Source of the DNA: Candidatus Dojkabacteria bacterium
Lineage (GTDB): Bacteria; Patescibacteriota; Dojkabacteria; SC72
Reading direction: 5' to 3'
Assembly: GCA_050950165.1 (NCBI GenBank)
Contig: JBMNHC010000001.1
Coordinates: forward strand, 529,073 to 593,072
Length of the DNA stretch: 64,000 bases
The position numbers were made by a program, and so were the translations under genes. This document shows, piece by piece, positions 18,567-28,495 of this stretch (positions within the stretch are counted from its first letter, which is position 1; every line of letters begins with the position of its first letter). A model generated the notes under the pieces. It had not been told where the DNA came from, did not search any database, and saw only the letters and a program-made list of their open reading frames with translations.

Positions 18567-19268
18567 TTATCTTAACAGATGTAGAAAAAGATTCTCAAGA
18601 ATCAATCTCTTATTCCCGTTAGCTCTTAATCTTTTCTGTGCTAAAAGTATCTGCTCTATATTAAAAGCTACCTCCATTATACCTCTTTTTTCAACTAAAT
18701 TCCTCTCCAAAAGAGATTGATAGTAAAGCTCTAAGTCTTTAAGAAGTTGCTCAGTAGCTGATTTCTCTTTCGCTATCTTCTCTATTCTCTCGAATGCTTC
18801 TACTAAGTCTAGTGAGAGTATTTCAATATTACTCTCTTGCGAAATAGTATCTGCTATCTCTTTGGTATAAAGCTTGAGAGATCTAGAGAGTACTGTAGGT
18901 AAAAGGTCTTTTTCGTTTTTTGTAATTAATATGTATACGGTATTGGCAGAGGTATCTTCTAATGTCTTAAGGAGAGAGTTTTGAGCTTGATGAGTTAGTT
19001 TAGATGCATCTAAGATATATGCGATCTGTACCTTCTCTTGAAATGGTGTAAGACGCATATCCTTTTGCAAATCCTTTACCTCTTCTATCCCTATACTACT
19101 CTTTTGTGCTCCATCTAGGATATGAATATCAGGATTCTTTTCATCAAAGATTTCATCCATATCTACATCTCGTTTCCATAGCTTTTCTAAAAGAGATTTT
19201 AATATCTTAGAGATATTCTTTTCACTATTACCTACAATTAAGTATGTCATTGTGATAGATTGTAGCAT
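18567..19268 (-). CDS. holB: DNA polymerase III subunit delta-prime-like protein (short)
   Basis: NPDI, SIGIEEVK, AQNSLLKTLE and LLPTVLSRS motifs. Confidence 0.75.
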   Translation of the reverse strand: MLQSITMTYLIVGNSEKNISKILKSLLEKLWKRDVDMDEIFDEKNPDIHILDGAQKSSIGIEEVKDLQKDMRLTPFQEKVQIAYILDASKLTHQAQNSLLKTLEDTSANTVYILITKNEKDLLPTVLSRSLKLYTKEIADTISQESNIEILSLDLVEAFERIEKIAKEKSATEQLLKDLELYYQSLLERNLVEKRGIMEVAFNIEQILLAQKRLRANGNKRLILENLFLHLLR

Positions 19269-19298
19269 ATACTTAAAAGTAAATTGAAAGGAGAGAAT

Positions 19299-20354
19299 AT
19301 GAATCTAAAGATTAAAGAGATAGATGATGCACACTTGTGGGATGAGTTTGTTAAGTCATCTCCAAATTCAAGTTTTTTACAATCATGGAATTGGGGTGTG
19401 TATCAAGAGATAGGGTTGGGTAGGAAAACAATTAGGCTTTCCTTTTGGAAAGACGAAGAACTTGTTGCTCTAGCTGCTGGGTATGAGATTAATCAGACAT
19501 TTGGAAAATATCTATACTTTTCAAGAGGTCCGATACTGAAAGAATTAAACCAATCTCTCTATCGTGAGGTACTCTTAGCTATGAAAGAATATTTCTTTGC
19601 ATCAGAGTATCTATTTTTTAAAATAGATCCAGCTATAGAGGTGGAGAATAGAGTAGCTTCTCTTCCCTACTCTTTGGGATTTAAAAAATGTTTCAACTAT
19701 ATCCAACCTGAAACTCCTTGGATGATAGATTTAGTTGGTGATACTGAGCAAGAACTTCTTGATTGGTGTCAAGATCACGGTATGCACAAAAACTATCCTA
19801 CATATATTCGTCGTGCAAGGAGGCTTGGTGTTAAAGTAAAGTTTTCTAAAGAGTTACCTGATTGGAAACTGTTTACTCACTATCTTATGAAAAGTTCTGA
19901 AACAAAAGAATTTGCTACTCAAGATGCTAACTACTATCTTAAACAGCTTAAATATTTAGGAGAGACTGATGAAGTAAGACTAGCTATGGTGTCATATTTA
20001 AATGAGCCTGTCGCTATGTTAGTACTCTCTTACTTTGGAGATGAAGTCTCCTGTCTGTACAGTTGTCAGACTGGTATGCACAGGAAGGTTAGAGGCCCTA
20101 TGCTTCTTAGATGGGAGTGTATGCTACAAGGACGAAGAGAAGGTTTTAAATATTTTAATTCGTGGGATGTACTTCCTGATGAGAAATACTCTCCTAGAAG
20201 TAAGAGGTATGGATACTCTAACTTTAAGAGAGGTTTTGGAGGGTATTTAGTTAGATATGCAAGAACAGCAGATTACCCAATTAAAAAGGGTAAATACTTT
20301 TTAGTACAACTTTTAGATCTGTACAGAAGTATTAGGTATTACAAAGATAGGTAG
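19299..20354 (+). CDS. FemAB/FemX-family peptidoglycan cross-bridge aminoacyltransferase
   Basis: FLQSWNWG, YFSRGP, FFKIDP and FKRGFGG motifs. AAGGAG RBS upstream. Confidence 0.85.
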   Translation: MNLKIKEIDDAHLWDEFVKSSPNSSFLQSWNWGVYQEIGLGRKTIRLSFWKDEELVALAAGYEINQTFGKYLYFSRGPILKELNQSLYREVLLAMKEYFFASEYLFFKIDPAIEVENRVASLPYSLGFKKCFNYIQPETPWMIDLVGDTEQELLDWCQDHGMHKNYPTYIRRARRLGVKVKFSKELPDWKLFTHYLMKSSETKEFATQDANYYLKQLKYLGETDEVRLAMVSYLNEPVAMLVLSYFGDEVSCLYSCQTGMHRKVRGPMLLRWECMLQGRREGFKYFNSWDVLPDEKYSPRSKRYGYSNFKRGFGGYLVRYARTADYPIKKGKYFLVQLLDLYRSIRYYKDR

Positions 20355-20404
20355 ATGCTTGTGTTTTCTCTCTCCTTTCTATACACTATTAACATGTAAA
20401 TTCT

Positions 20405-22222
20405 TTGACTGCCCAAGTGTCTAGAGAAACTTTGTTGCAATATTTACAAAAGAAAGGTGTAATCAGCGAGAGTGATGCTGCTCGTATACAGGTAGAGAGA
20501 ACGAAAACTCCTAAGAGTGAAGAAGCGATAATTAGGGAGATGGGGTTAGCGGATAATCTTACCATTGCACAAGCTAAGTCTGAACTTTTTAAGATACCGT
20601 TTGTAGATCTTACACAGATCTCAATACCAGAGAGTACCATAGCTGAGGTACCTATAGATAATCTAAAGAAATATGGTGCTGTACCTTTTGAACGAAGTAC
20701 TAATTCTGTAAAGCTTGCTATGCTTGACCCTTTTGATGTGCAAGCTACTCAAGCACTACAGAGAAGATATCCTCCTGGTACTAGACTAGAGGTACATATT
20801 GCTACAGAGGAAGGAATCTCATATGTTTTGGATAGAAGAATTGGTGATGTAATGAGTACAGAAGTTACAGAGGCTTTGGAGGAGGTAGATGTTCCAGTCC
20901 AAGATATTACTGCAGAGGATCCTAATCTGATTAACAGTAGTGATCTGAAAAATGCTCCTGTAGCAAGGATTGTGAATTCAATAATGCAGTATGCGGTAAC
21001 CTCTAAAAGCTCAGATATCCATATTGAACCTATGGAGAATAGGCTTAGAGTTAGATTTAGGATTCATGGAATAATGACAGAGAGATTAACCTTGCCAAAG
21101 ACATTGGGTCCAGCAGTAGTCTCTCGTGTAAAGATTCTTTCTAATCTTAAAATAGATGAAAAGCGTATACCCCAAGACGGTAGGTTTCAGGTAAAGATGA
21201 GTAATGTGAAGGTAGATATTCGTGTCTCCATAATGCCAACCATTTTTGGAGAGAAGGTAGTTATGCGTCTTTTAGAGTCAGATACAACAGGAATTACACT
21301 AGAGGGAACAGGTCTTAGAGGTAATGGATACAAGGTGTTTCTAGATGCACTTAGTGTAACTAACGGTATTGTACTTGTGACAGGACCTACAGGTAGTGGT
21401 AAGACAAGAACATTGGCGTGTTCTTTAATGAAGGTAAATGATCCTAAGGTTAATATAATATCGTTGGAAAACCCAGTAGAGATTCGTATTCCTGGTGTTA
21501 CACAGATTCAGATTAATCCTGATGTAGGCTTAACATTTGCAACAGGTTTAAGATCTGTACTTAGGCAAGATCCTGATGTTGTAATGGTCGGAGAGATTAG
21601 AGATGAAGAGACTGCAGAGTTAGCTGTACAGGCATCTCTAACAGGGCACTTAGTTCTCTCTACTCTACATACCAACAGTGCTCCTGCCGCCATTCCAAGG
21701 CTTCTAGATATGGGAATAGAGTCATATCTTTTAGCTTCAACAATTAGAGTAATTGCAGCTCAGCGTTTACCTAGAAGAATATGTAAGCACTGTATAGAAG
21801 CGTATCCTGCTATGCCAGAGGTAGTAGCTAATATTTTGGAGCATCTTTCAGATATTAAAGGTTTTGATTTAGTTCAATATTTAACCAGGATGGTGGCATC
21901 TAAAAAACAGAGAGCAGAAGAAGGTTCTGCAGTACTTAAGGCTCCAGAGGTTGGACCAGATGGTAAACCAATAATATATCTTTACAAAGGTGCAGGTTGT
22001 GATAGGTGTGGTGGCTCTGGATATTCTGGGCGTATTGGTATATTTGAGGTACTAGATGTGAATGAGAAGATAAGTAGGATGGTAATGGAGAATGTAACTG
22101 CTCAAGATATTGAAAATGAAGCACGAGCTAACGGTATGATTACAATGATTCAAGATGGATACCTAAAAGTACTAGAGGGCTTAACAAGTATAGAGGAGGT
22201 CTTGAGAGTTTCTAAAGAATAA
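20405..22222 (+). CDS. pilB: type IV pilus assembly ATPase (PilB/GspE family)
   Basis: SDIHIEP, PQDGR, Walker A GPTGSGKT, LRQDPDVVMVGEIRD, TGHLVLSTLH, and two CxxC zinc motifs. TTG start. Confidence 0.93.
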   Translation: MTAQVSRETLLQYLQKKGVISESDAARIQVERTKTPKSEEAIIREMGLADNLTIAQAKSELFKIPFVDLTQISIPESTIAEVPIDNLKKYGAVPFERSTNSVKLAMLDPFDVQATQALQRRYPPGTRLEVHIATEEGISYVLDRRIGDVMSTEVTEALEEVDVPVQDITAEDPNLINSSDLKNAPVARIVNSIMQYAVTSKSSDIHIEPMENRLRVRFRIHGIMTERLTLPKTLGPAVVSRVKILSNLKIDEKRIPQDGRFQVKMSNVKVDIRVSIMPTIFGEKVVMRLLESDTTGITLEGTGLRGNGYKVFLDALSVTNGIVLVTGPTGSGKTRTLACSLMKVNDPKVNIISLENPVEIRIPGVTQIQINPDVGLTFATGLRSVLRQDPDVVMVGEIRDEETAELAVQASLTGHLVLSTLHTNSAPAAIPRLLDMGIESYLLASTIRVIAAQRLPRRICKHCIEAYPAMPEVVANILEHLSDIKGFDLVQYLTRMVASKKQRAEEGSAVLKAPEVGPDGKPIIYLYKGAGCDRCGGSGYSGRIGIFEVLDVNEKISRMVMENVTAQDIENEARANGMITMIQDGYLKVLEGLTSIEEVLRVSKE

Positions 22223-22240
22223 TTTAATATGTACTAAGTA

Positions 22241-23782
22241 ATGGATAATAATACTGCCCAGAATAATACAATAGGATACCCAGATATTGCTGCACCAAGC
22301 AGTCCTACTCAGACACCTCCTAGTGATGCTCAGATGCTTTCAGATCTTGCTAATCAACTAAAACAGATACAAAGTTCAAATCAAACTTCTACTCAAGATA
22401 CACCAACTCCTAGTACTCCTCCTCCAGTACAGACTCCAGCTCCTACTTCAGAAGAACCTAAATTTGAACTCCCTACTCAACCTGCTCCTGCTCCAACAAA
22501 TATTGCGACTGCAGATAGTGTTGGTGTTGTAAGAGGTTCTCTTGAAGATATTATGCCTGGAGATAAAAAGCCTAAGGCTTTTGAGAGAACTCCTAAAACA
22601 CATAGTGTAGCAAAACCTATACAAGAGCCTAGTAATGCAATGAAGACAATTAGAAAAGATGCTTTATCTCAATCTAATAATCAGAATTCTCAGGTGGTAA
22701 ATACTACAGAAGGAATTAAACACAACAGTATTGATGAGTTATTAAAGATAGCTATTCAGAATAATGCATCTGATCTGCACATTAGTGTAGGATACCCCCC
22801 TATTATGCGTGTAGATGGTACTTTGAAAAATATCAACGAAACTATCATTACTCCTCAGGATGCAGAAGAGTTAATATTTCCCATACTCTCTGATGAGAAG
22901 AAAGAGTTGTTAGAGGTAAACAGAGAGATTGATTTAGCATATTTTCATCAGGGAGAGAGTTCTGCAAGGTTTAGAGTAAATGCATACTTCTCTATGAAAA
23001 ATCTTGCTGCGGCATTTAGGTTAATACCTTCTAGAGTAAAGACCATTGAAGAGCTTCTGCTACCTCAGATGTACCACCAGTTTAGTCAGCTAAAACAGGG
23101 ATTAATACTTGTTACTGGTCCTACAGGACACGGTAAAAGTACTACCCTAGCCGCTATACTTGAGGATGTTAACAGAACTAGACATTCACATATTGTCACT
23201 ATTGAAGATCCAATTGAATATGTATTTGAAGGAAAAAGAGCTCTCATTGACCAAAGAGAGATGAATGATGATACCCACTCTTGGAGTATTGCACTGCGTA
23301 GTGCACTACGACAAGACCCAGATGTAATTCTTGTAGGTGAGATGAGGGACTATGAAACCATTGCAGCAACTATTACTCTTGCAGAGACAGGACACTTAGT
23401 GTTTGCAACTCTACATACAAACAACTCTGCACAAACGATAGATAGAATAATAGATGTATTCCCAGATAACCAGCAACCACAGATTAGATCTCAGCTATCT
23501 AATATTTTAGAAGCAATTGTTTCTCAGAGATTAGTACCACTAGACAAGGGAGGCAGAAGAGCAGTATCTGAAATTCTCATTGCTAATCCTGCAGTTCGAA
23601 ATCTAATTAGAGAAGCAAAGACTCACCAGATAGATAATGTAATTAGAACTAGCTCTGATGTTGGTATGGTATCTTTAGAGAGATCCTTAGTAAACTTAGT
23701 TAGAGAGGGAGTAATATCTGTACAGAAAGCTCAAGAGTATTCAATATATCCTGAGGAGGTTTTAAGATTATTAAAAAGTTAA
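22241..23782 (+). CDS. pilT: type IV pilus retraction ATPase with long N-terminal low-complexity extension
   Basis: ASDLH, GPTGHGKSTT, TIEDPIE, LRQDPDVILVGEMRD and AVRNLIRE motifs. Confidence 0.93.
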   Translation: MDNNTAQNNTIGYPDIAAPSSPTQTPPSDAQMLSDLANQLKQIQSSNQTSTQDTPTPSTPPPVQTPAPTSEEPKFELPTQPAPAPTNIATADSVGVVRGSLEDIMPGDKKPKAFERTPKTHSVAKPIQEPSNAMKTIRKDALSQSNNQNSQVVNTTEGIKHNSIDELLKIAIQNNASDLHISVGYPPIMRVDGTLKNINETIITPQDAEELIFPILSDEKKELLEVNREIDLAYFHQGESSARFRVNAYFSMKNLAAAFRLIPSRVKTIEELLLPQMYHQFSQLKQGLILVTGPTGHGKSTTLAAILEDVNRTRHSHIVTIEDPIEYVFEGKRALIDQREMNDDTHSWSIALRSALRQDPDVILVGEMRDYETIAATITLAETGHLVFATLHTNNSAQTIDRIIDVFPDNQQPQIRSQLSNILEAIVSQRLVPLDKGGRRAVSEILIANPAVRNLIREAKTHQIDNVIRTSSDVGMVSLERSLVNLVREGVISVQKAQEYSIYPEEVLRLLKS

Positions 23783-23785
23783 GAG

Positions 23786-25027
23786 ATGAAAAAATTTAAA
23801 TATTCAGCAAGAGATAGTCAAGGAAAAGAAGTTAAGGGTAAGATTGAGGCTAAGGACAAAGAGGCTCTGACAGAGATACTGCATGATAGAGGGTTAATTG
23901 TAGTTAGTATTAAAGAAGAACTAACTTTTGATTTACAGGATTTAGCGGAGATAAATATTGGTGGTGTACCAATGAAAGACAAGGTCGTCTTTATGAGACA
24001 GATGGCAACAATGGTTAGTGCAGGTTTACCTCTGACTAGAGCTCTGGAGATTATGGAACAGCAGATAGAGAATCCTGCTTTTAGAAAGATTATTTCAGAA
24101 GTAAAAGCTTCTGTAGAATCAGGAGAGAGTCTTTCAGACTCATTTAGGCAGGCAGAGAATGTATTCGATGATGTCTCTCTAAACCTTATTGAAGCTGGTG
24201 AGTCTAGTGGTAACTTAGATACAATTTTAACTAAGTTAGCAACTGAGCTTGAAGAGAGTAAAAAGTTATCAGACAAACTAAGAGGGGCTTTGATATATCC
24301 AATTATTATTCTTGTTGTTATCGTAGTAGTAGTTTTAATGTTGATGTTTGTACTGGTGCCTTCCATGGCAGAGATCTATGCAGACTTTGGTGCAGAGCTT
24401 CCATGGGTGACTAGGTTTTTAATATCTATGAGTAATTTTGCTATTAAATATTGGTGGGCAATACTTCTTGTTATAGCTATAGTGGTAATTGGAAGTAAGG
24501 CATATTTAGATACTCCTGGTGGGAAGAGGAATAAGGATAAGATTATTCTTAAGATGCCGATTGTAGGAGGTATAGTGACTAAGATACAGCTTGCACAGTT
24601 TACAAGACTCTTAGGATTGCTTCTAAGTAGTGGTTTGGCAATTATTAGAGCATTAGAATTAACAGCTCAGTCCTTAAGTAATCAGATGTTTAGGGATGTA
24701 GTAATGGCTTCTAGAGATGATGTTGAGAAGGGAGGGTCATTAGCTATCCCTATTGCTAGGAGTGAATATTTTCCTCTAATCGTTAGTAGTATGATAGCTG
24801 TAGGTGAAGAGACGGGTGAGCTGGATTCTGTTTTAGCTAAGGTTGCACAGTACTACAAAGATGAGGTAGATGTAGCTACTTCTAGTATGTCTACTATTTT
24901 AGAGCCAGTATTTCTTGTTGTAATGGGTTTAGTTATTGCATTTATTGCTATGGCTGTGTATATGCCTATGTTCCAACTTTCAGAGGTGATGTCCATGGTA
25001 GTTGACATTGTTTCAATGGTTGTGTAA
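23786..25027 (+). CDS. pilC: type IV pilus platform protein (PilC/GspF family)
   Basis: Two T2SSF-like halves (AGESSGNLD; VGEETGELD), ALIYP and LEP motifs, and TM helices. Confidence 0.93.
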   Translation: MKKFKYSARDSQGKEVKGKIEAKDKEALTEILHDRGLIVVSIKEELTFDLQDLAEINIGGVPMKDKVVFMRQMATMVSAGLPLTRALEIMEQQIENPAFRKIISEVKASVESGESLSDSFRQAENVFDDVSLNLIEAGESSGNLDTILTKLATELEESKKLSDKLRGALIYPIIILVVIVVVVLMLMFVLVPSMAEIYADFGAELPWVTRFLISMSNFAIKYWWAILLVIAIVVIGSKAYLDTPGGKRNKDKIILKMPIVGGIVTKIQLAQFTRLLGLLLSSGLAIIRALELTAQSLSNQMFRDVVMASRDDVEKGGSLAIPIARSEYFPLIVSSMIAVGEETGELDSVLAKVAQYYKDEVDVATSSMSTILEPVFLVVMGLVIAFIAMAVYMPMFQLSEVMSMVVDIVSMVV

Positions 25028-25082
25028 TTTTAATGTAGTAGCTAATTTATTTTATATAAATTATTTTTATATTTTTACTAAT

Positions 25083-25640
25083 ATGAATAGAAGATATTCA
25101 GCGTTTACACTCGTAGAAATGCTTATCGTCATGGGTATCCTCATCATCCTTATGGCTGTAGGTATTACTGCAGGTAGATTTGCAATTAATAGAGCTAATG
25201 ATGTAGCTCACCAGAATGCAGCAGATCAATTATATACTGCTATGCAGGCTTACTATACAGATGAAAGAGAGTTCCCTGATAATAGTGCAGAAAGTTGGAC
25301 TTTTGGTGATGCATTAGCAACAGGTGGAGATCTCTCTGAGTATATGGGTGATGGAGAATTTACTGGTGGTACAGATGCTACATTCTACTACTGGAGATCA
25401 GCAGGAGATGCGGGTTCTGCTACTGCAGAAGGACAAGCTATTTTGGTTTGTGTTTCTTTAGGTGGACTTCTTGATGAGTCTGCGAGAGGTTTCTATTGTA
25501 CTGGTAATGGATTTGGTAGCGAAGTCTCTGGTATTGATGATAAAAATGTACCAAACCCTGATGGTTCGCTTGAAGCTCCAGGATTTACTGGTACTGGAAC
25601 TACAACACAACAAAATTGGGAAACAAAGGCTTGGAAGTAA
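25083..25640 (+). CDS. type IV pilin, probable major pilin
   Basis: Class III signal SA|FTLVEMLIVMGIL with E5. Followed by its own terminator. Confidence 0.85.
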   Translation: MNRRYSAFTLVEMLIVMGILIILMAVGITAGRFAINRANDVAHQNAADQLYTAMQAYYTDEREFPDNSAESWTFGDALATGGDLSEYMGDGEFTGGTDATFYYWRSAGDAGSATAEGQAILVCVSLGGLLDESARGFYCTGNGFGSEVSGIDDKNVPNPDGSLEAPGFTGTGTTTQQNWETKAWK

Positions 25641-25664
25641 CAAAGACTTTTATAGAAGTAATCT

Positions 25665-25693
25665 AACCCCCTCAAATGAGGGGGTTTTCTTTT
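25665..25693 (+). terminator. intrinsic terminator after the pilin gene
   Basis: AACCCCCTCA-AA-TGAGGGGGTT followed by a T-rich run. Confidence 0.85.
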
Positions 25694-25717
25694 CTTGGTA
25701 TATGGATATAATGGGAT

Positions 25718-26482
25718 ATGCATATATATATATCTGTAGTTATCTTTGTTTTAGGTTTAGTATTAGCTAGTTTTTTAAATGCTTTACTTTATAGAATAGA
25801 TAATGGATATAAATATCCAGATATCTTTCTAAAAGGCTCTCACTGTGAAAGATGCTCTAAACAGTTAAGATGGTTTGAACTAATACCTGTACTCTCCTAC
25901 TTTCTTTTTTTAGGTAAATGTAGACAGTGTAAGTATAGAGTACCTCTTTACTATCCTGTATCTGAGTTTGTAATGGGTCTCTCTTTTGCCTCTATATATT
26001 TCTTCTTACAACCTTGGTCCTTTTATTTTATAGTAATATTTCTTTTCTCTCTTTCATATTTTGATAGAAGGTATAAAGAGATACCTCAAGATATTGTTCA
26101 TGCTTTTTTAATATTTAGTTTTTTTACCTTTGTTTTACTTACAGTAGCTAATGGAGGTGTAATATCTAATTCTTTGCTACTGGCCTTGGGATTCTGTTTA
26201 GCTGTATTTCTGCTTAGCAAGATTATTAAGAAAGATTTCGGAATCGGTGACCTATTAGTAATATTCTCTCTTGGATTTTTACTAACTAACTCACAACTAC
26301 TCTCCTTCATATATATATTTCTTTTACTCTCTTTGCTCTACTGCGTAGTAATGATACTTTTAAAAAAGATTACTATTAAATCTGTGATACCCCTACTCCC
26401 CCTAATGTATATATCTTTCTGTTTAATGGTAATATGTAATGAGAAGGTTGAGATAATTTTGAGTAAGATTTTAAATATATGA
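25718..26482 (+). CDS. pilD: prepilin peptidase (A24)
   Basis: SFLN, SHCERC, LIPVLSY, GKCRQC, catalytic Asp residues (YFD; GIGD) and IPLLP. Confidence 0.88.
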   Translation: MHIYISVVIFVLGLVLASFLNALLYRIDNGYKYPDIFLKGSHCERCSKQLRWFELIPVLSYFLFLGKCRQCKYRVPLYYPVSEFVMGLSFASIYFFLQPWSFYFIVIFLFSLSYFDRRYKEIPQDIVHAFLIFSFFTFVLLTVANGGVISNSLLLALGFCLAVFLLSKIIKKDFGIGDLLVIFSLGFLLTNSQLLSFIYIFLLLSLLYCVVMILLKKITIKSVIPLLPLMYISFCLMVICNEKVEIILSKILNI

Positions 26483-27039
26483 GATACAAAGGGTTTACAT
26501 TAGTAGAAGTTCTGATTGTAATGGGTATATTGATAATATTAATTGCAATCGGTATTGCAGTAGGTAGATTTGCAATTCAGAGAGCCAACAGAGTACATCA
26601 TCAAGATGCAGTAGATCAACTCTATACTGCCTTAGCAAAGTATAAACTGGATAACAAAGAGTATCCTAGATTAGGTAGTTGCTCTAGTTGTATACAAGAA
26701 CAATTCTTTGCAGAAGCTTTAGGACTCAAAGGTGTAAAAGACATTCTTAAACCCTACTATGAAGAAGGAGTATTCGATGGTGGTACAGATGCAACCTACT
26801 ACTACTATGTAGATGAAATTAATGCTCAATTTGCAATTGTATGTGTATCACTAGGAGGAATAGATGATGAAGCAGGTTTAGGTTTTTACTGTACAGGAGA
26901 TGGTATCGGAAGCCAACCTCCTAGTAGTCCTCTGAATGATAAAAATATAGATAGTGAGAGTACTATAGATGTAAATGTTGTTAGAGGCTTTGATGCATCA
27001 GATTGGAAGCGAGATGGAGGGTTTGCTTCTTTGAGATAG
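26479..27039 (+). CDS. type IV pilin, paralog of the 25083 pilin
   Basis: KG|FTLVE signal. Shares GRFAI.RAN, GGTDAT.YY and VCVSLGG...GFYCTG with the upstream pilin. Confidence 0.85.
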   Translation: MRYKGFTLVEVLIVMGILIILIAIGIAVGRFAIQRANRVHHQDAVDQLYTALAKYKLDNKEYPRLGSCSSCIQEQFFAEALGLKGVKDILKPYYEEGVFDGGTDATYYYYVDEINAQFAIVCVSLGGIDDEAGLGFYCTGDGIGSQPPSSPLNDKNIDSESTIDVNVVRGFDASDWKRDGGFASLR

Positions 27040-27101
27040 TTCTTGTTAAGTACGTCATTTTTTGCTAAATTAGATGTAGTTAAATATATATTAACTAAAG
27101 A

Positions 27102-27905
27102 ATGAATCGTAGATCTGCCCAATATTCTGGATATACTCTAGCTGAGATATTAGTAGTTTTGATAGTTATTATCATCCTTGGTAGTATGGGAGCTTTTGCC
27201 TTTGGCGGATTAAGAGATTCTGTACTTGTTAAACAGGGTATTGAAGGAATTAAACAAGATTTACAGCTTGTTCAGCAGAAAGCTATGCTTATTGAGAAAA
27301 GTTCAGGTGAGGGATGGATATATGGAATAGGTATAGATTTTACTGCGATGTCGGAAGGTAAATATACTTTTATAAAATGGTGTTCTCCTTTTGCTGAATA
27401 TGGTGATGTAATGACAAGAGATGAGCTATTAGCCTTTGATAGAAGTCATAAGGTGGGGACTAATCTCTCTAGTGGTGCAGGTTTGAATGCTACTCTTCCT
27501 ACTAGTTCATCGGACTTTGACCCTTCTGGATCATGTAGCAGAGACACAACAATTACGAGTCCTTCGTATCTCACACACGTGCCTGGTATGGAACCAGGAA
27601 AGATTAGTGCAGGCTATGATATCGGCCTGCTCAAATCTAATGATGAAGAAGCTGTAGTCCCTTCATATATTATCTTCGAAGCTGTAACAGGTAGGGTATT
27701 CCTTTACGGTAAAGATGGATATCCAATTAATTATAACCAAGATGGAAAGTTTAGCCCTACTAGACAACTAGAGATTTTAATATCTCGAAACAGAGGGAAA
27801 TTAGCAGACCATATTCAAGTAGCAGCTCTTTCTGGAAGAGTAACACACAATGTCTTGGATGATGTTGAGAGTATAAATATTTTAAAAAATAGATTGGATA
27901 AGTAA
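27102..27905 (+). CDS. minor pilin
   Basis: SG|YTLAE class III signal followed by a hydrophobic helix. Confidence 0.8.
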   Translation: MNRRSAQYSGYTLAEILVVLIVIIILGSMGAFAFGGLRDSVLVKQGIEGIKQDLQLVQQKAMLIEKSSGEGWIYGIGIDFTAMSEGKYTFIKWCSPFAEYGDVMTRDELLAFDRSHKVGTNLSSGAGLNATLPTSSSDFDPSGSCSRDTTITSPSYLTHVPGMEPGKISAGYDIGLLKSNDEEAVVPSYIIFEAVTGRVFLYGKDGYPINYNQDGKFSPTRQLEILISRNRGKLADHIQVAALSGRVTHNVLDDVESINILKNRLDK

Positions 27906-28495
27906 TGAGAAAGATTTTTAGAAGAAAATATAAAGGATTGGGTTTTGTAGAATCCCTTATTGCTATCATGGTCTCAGGTATTGTAGCTACAGTCCTTATC
28001 AATATCTCTGTTAGTGCAATGAGAGAGCTCTCTAGACTAGATGTAGAGGATGCACAGGCTCACTATGCTAGATCTACTGCTGTAATTGTTCAAAATATTG
28101 CTAGTAGAGAGAGACTAAGGATAATAGATAATCCTGAAGATAGTGGAACTAATATATTTTACAGCATGCGAGCAGGTACATGTTATGTTTTAGAAAAGAA
28201 TAGTTCAAATGAATATGTTTTTAAATCTGGAGTAGATGGTAAACCAGAACCAGTTACTGTTGGTAGAGAGGTATACAAAGATGAAGACGCAGTAATTTAT
28301 GATGAGAATGGAGAGAAAACAGACTACTTTAGAATTATATGTATAGCTAACAATACAAGAGCAGATGCAGACCCAGGAAATGATACAAACAAAGTCTTAA
28401 TTAAAATCACTATTGGTTTTAATAGAGTAACTGGTCTTTTAAGTACCGCTTCTGATGTTAGAGATTATGACTATTTTGCTGTAATAAATCTATGA
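27905..28495 (+). CDS. minor pilin (PilV-like)
   Basis: KG|LGFVE signal with a basic leader. Coupled to neighbouring genes. Confidence 0.7.
   Translation: MRKIFRRKYKGLGFVESLIAIMVSGIVATVLINISVSAMRELSRLDVEDAQAHYARSTAVIVQNIASRERLRIIDNPEDSGTNIFYSMRAGTCYVLEKNSSNEYVFKSGVDGKPEPVTVGREVYKDEDAVIYDENGEKTDYFRIICIANNTRADADPGNDTNKVLIKITIGFNRVTGLLSTASDVRDYDYFAVINL

Noticed and set aside
23818-24366. Long antisense ORFs (also 14817-15287, 56002-56505, 59499-59990 and similar)
   Set aside because: They lie wholly opposite well-supported genes and show no motifs, as expected for shadow ORFs.
25002-25082. Extended N-terminus of the pilin ORF
   Set aside because: The class III signal implies the ATG at 25083. 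The upstream TTG overlaps pilC and crosses AT-rich intergenic sequence.
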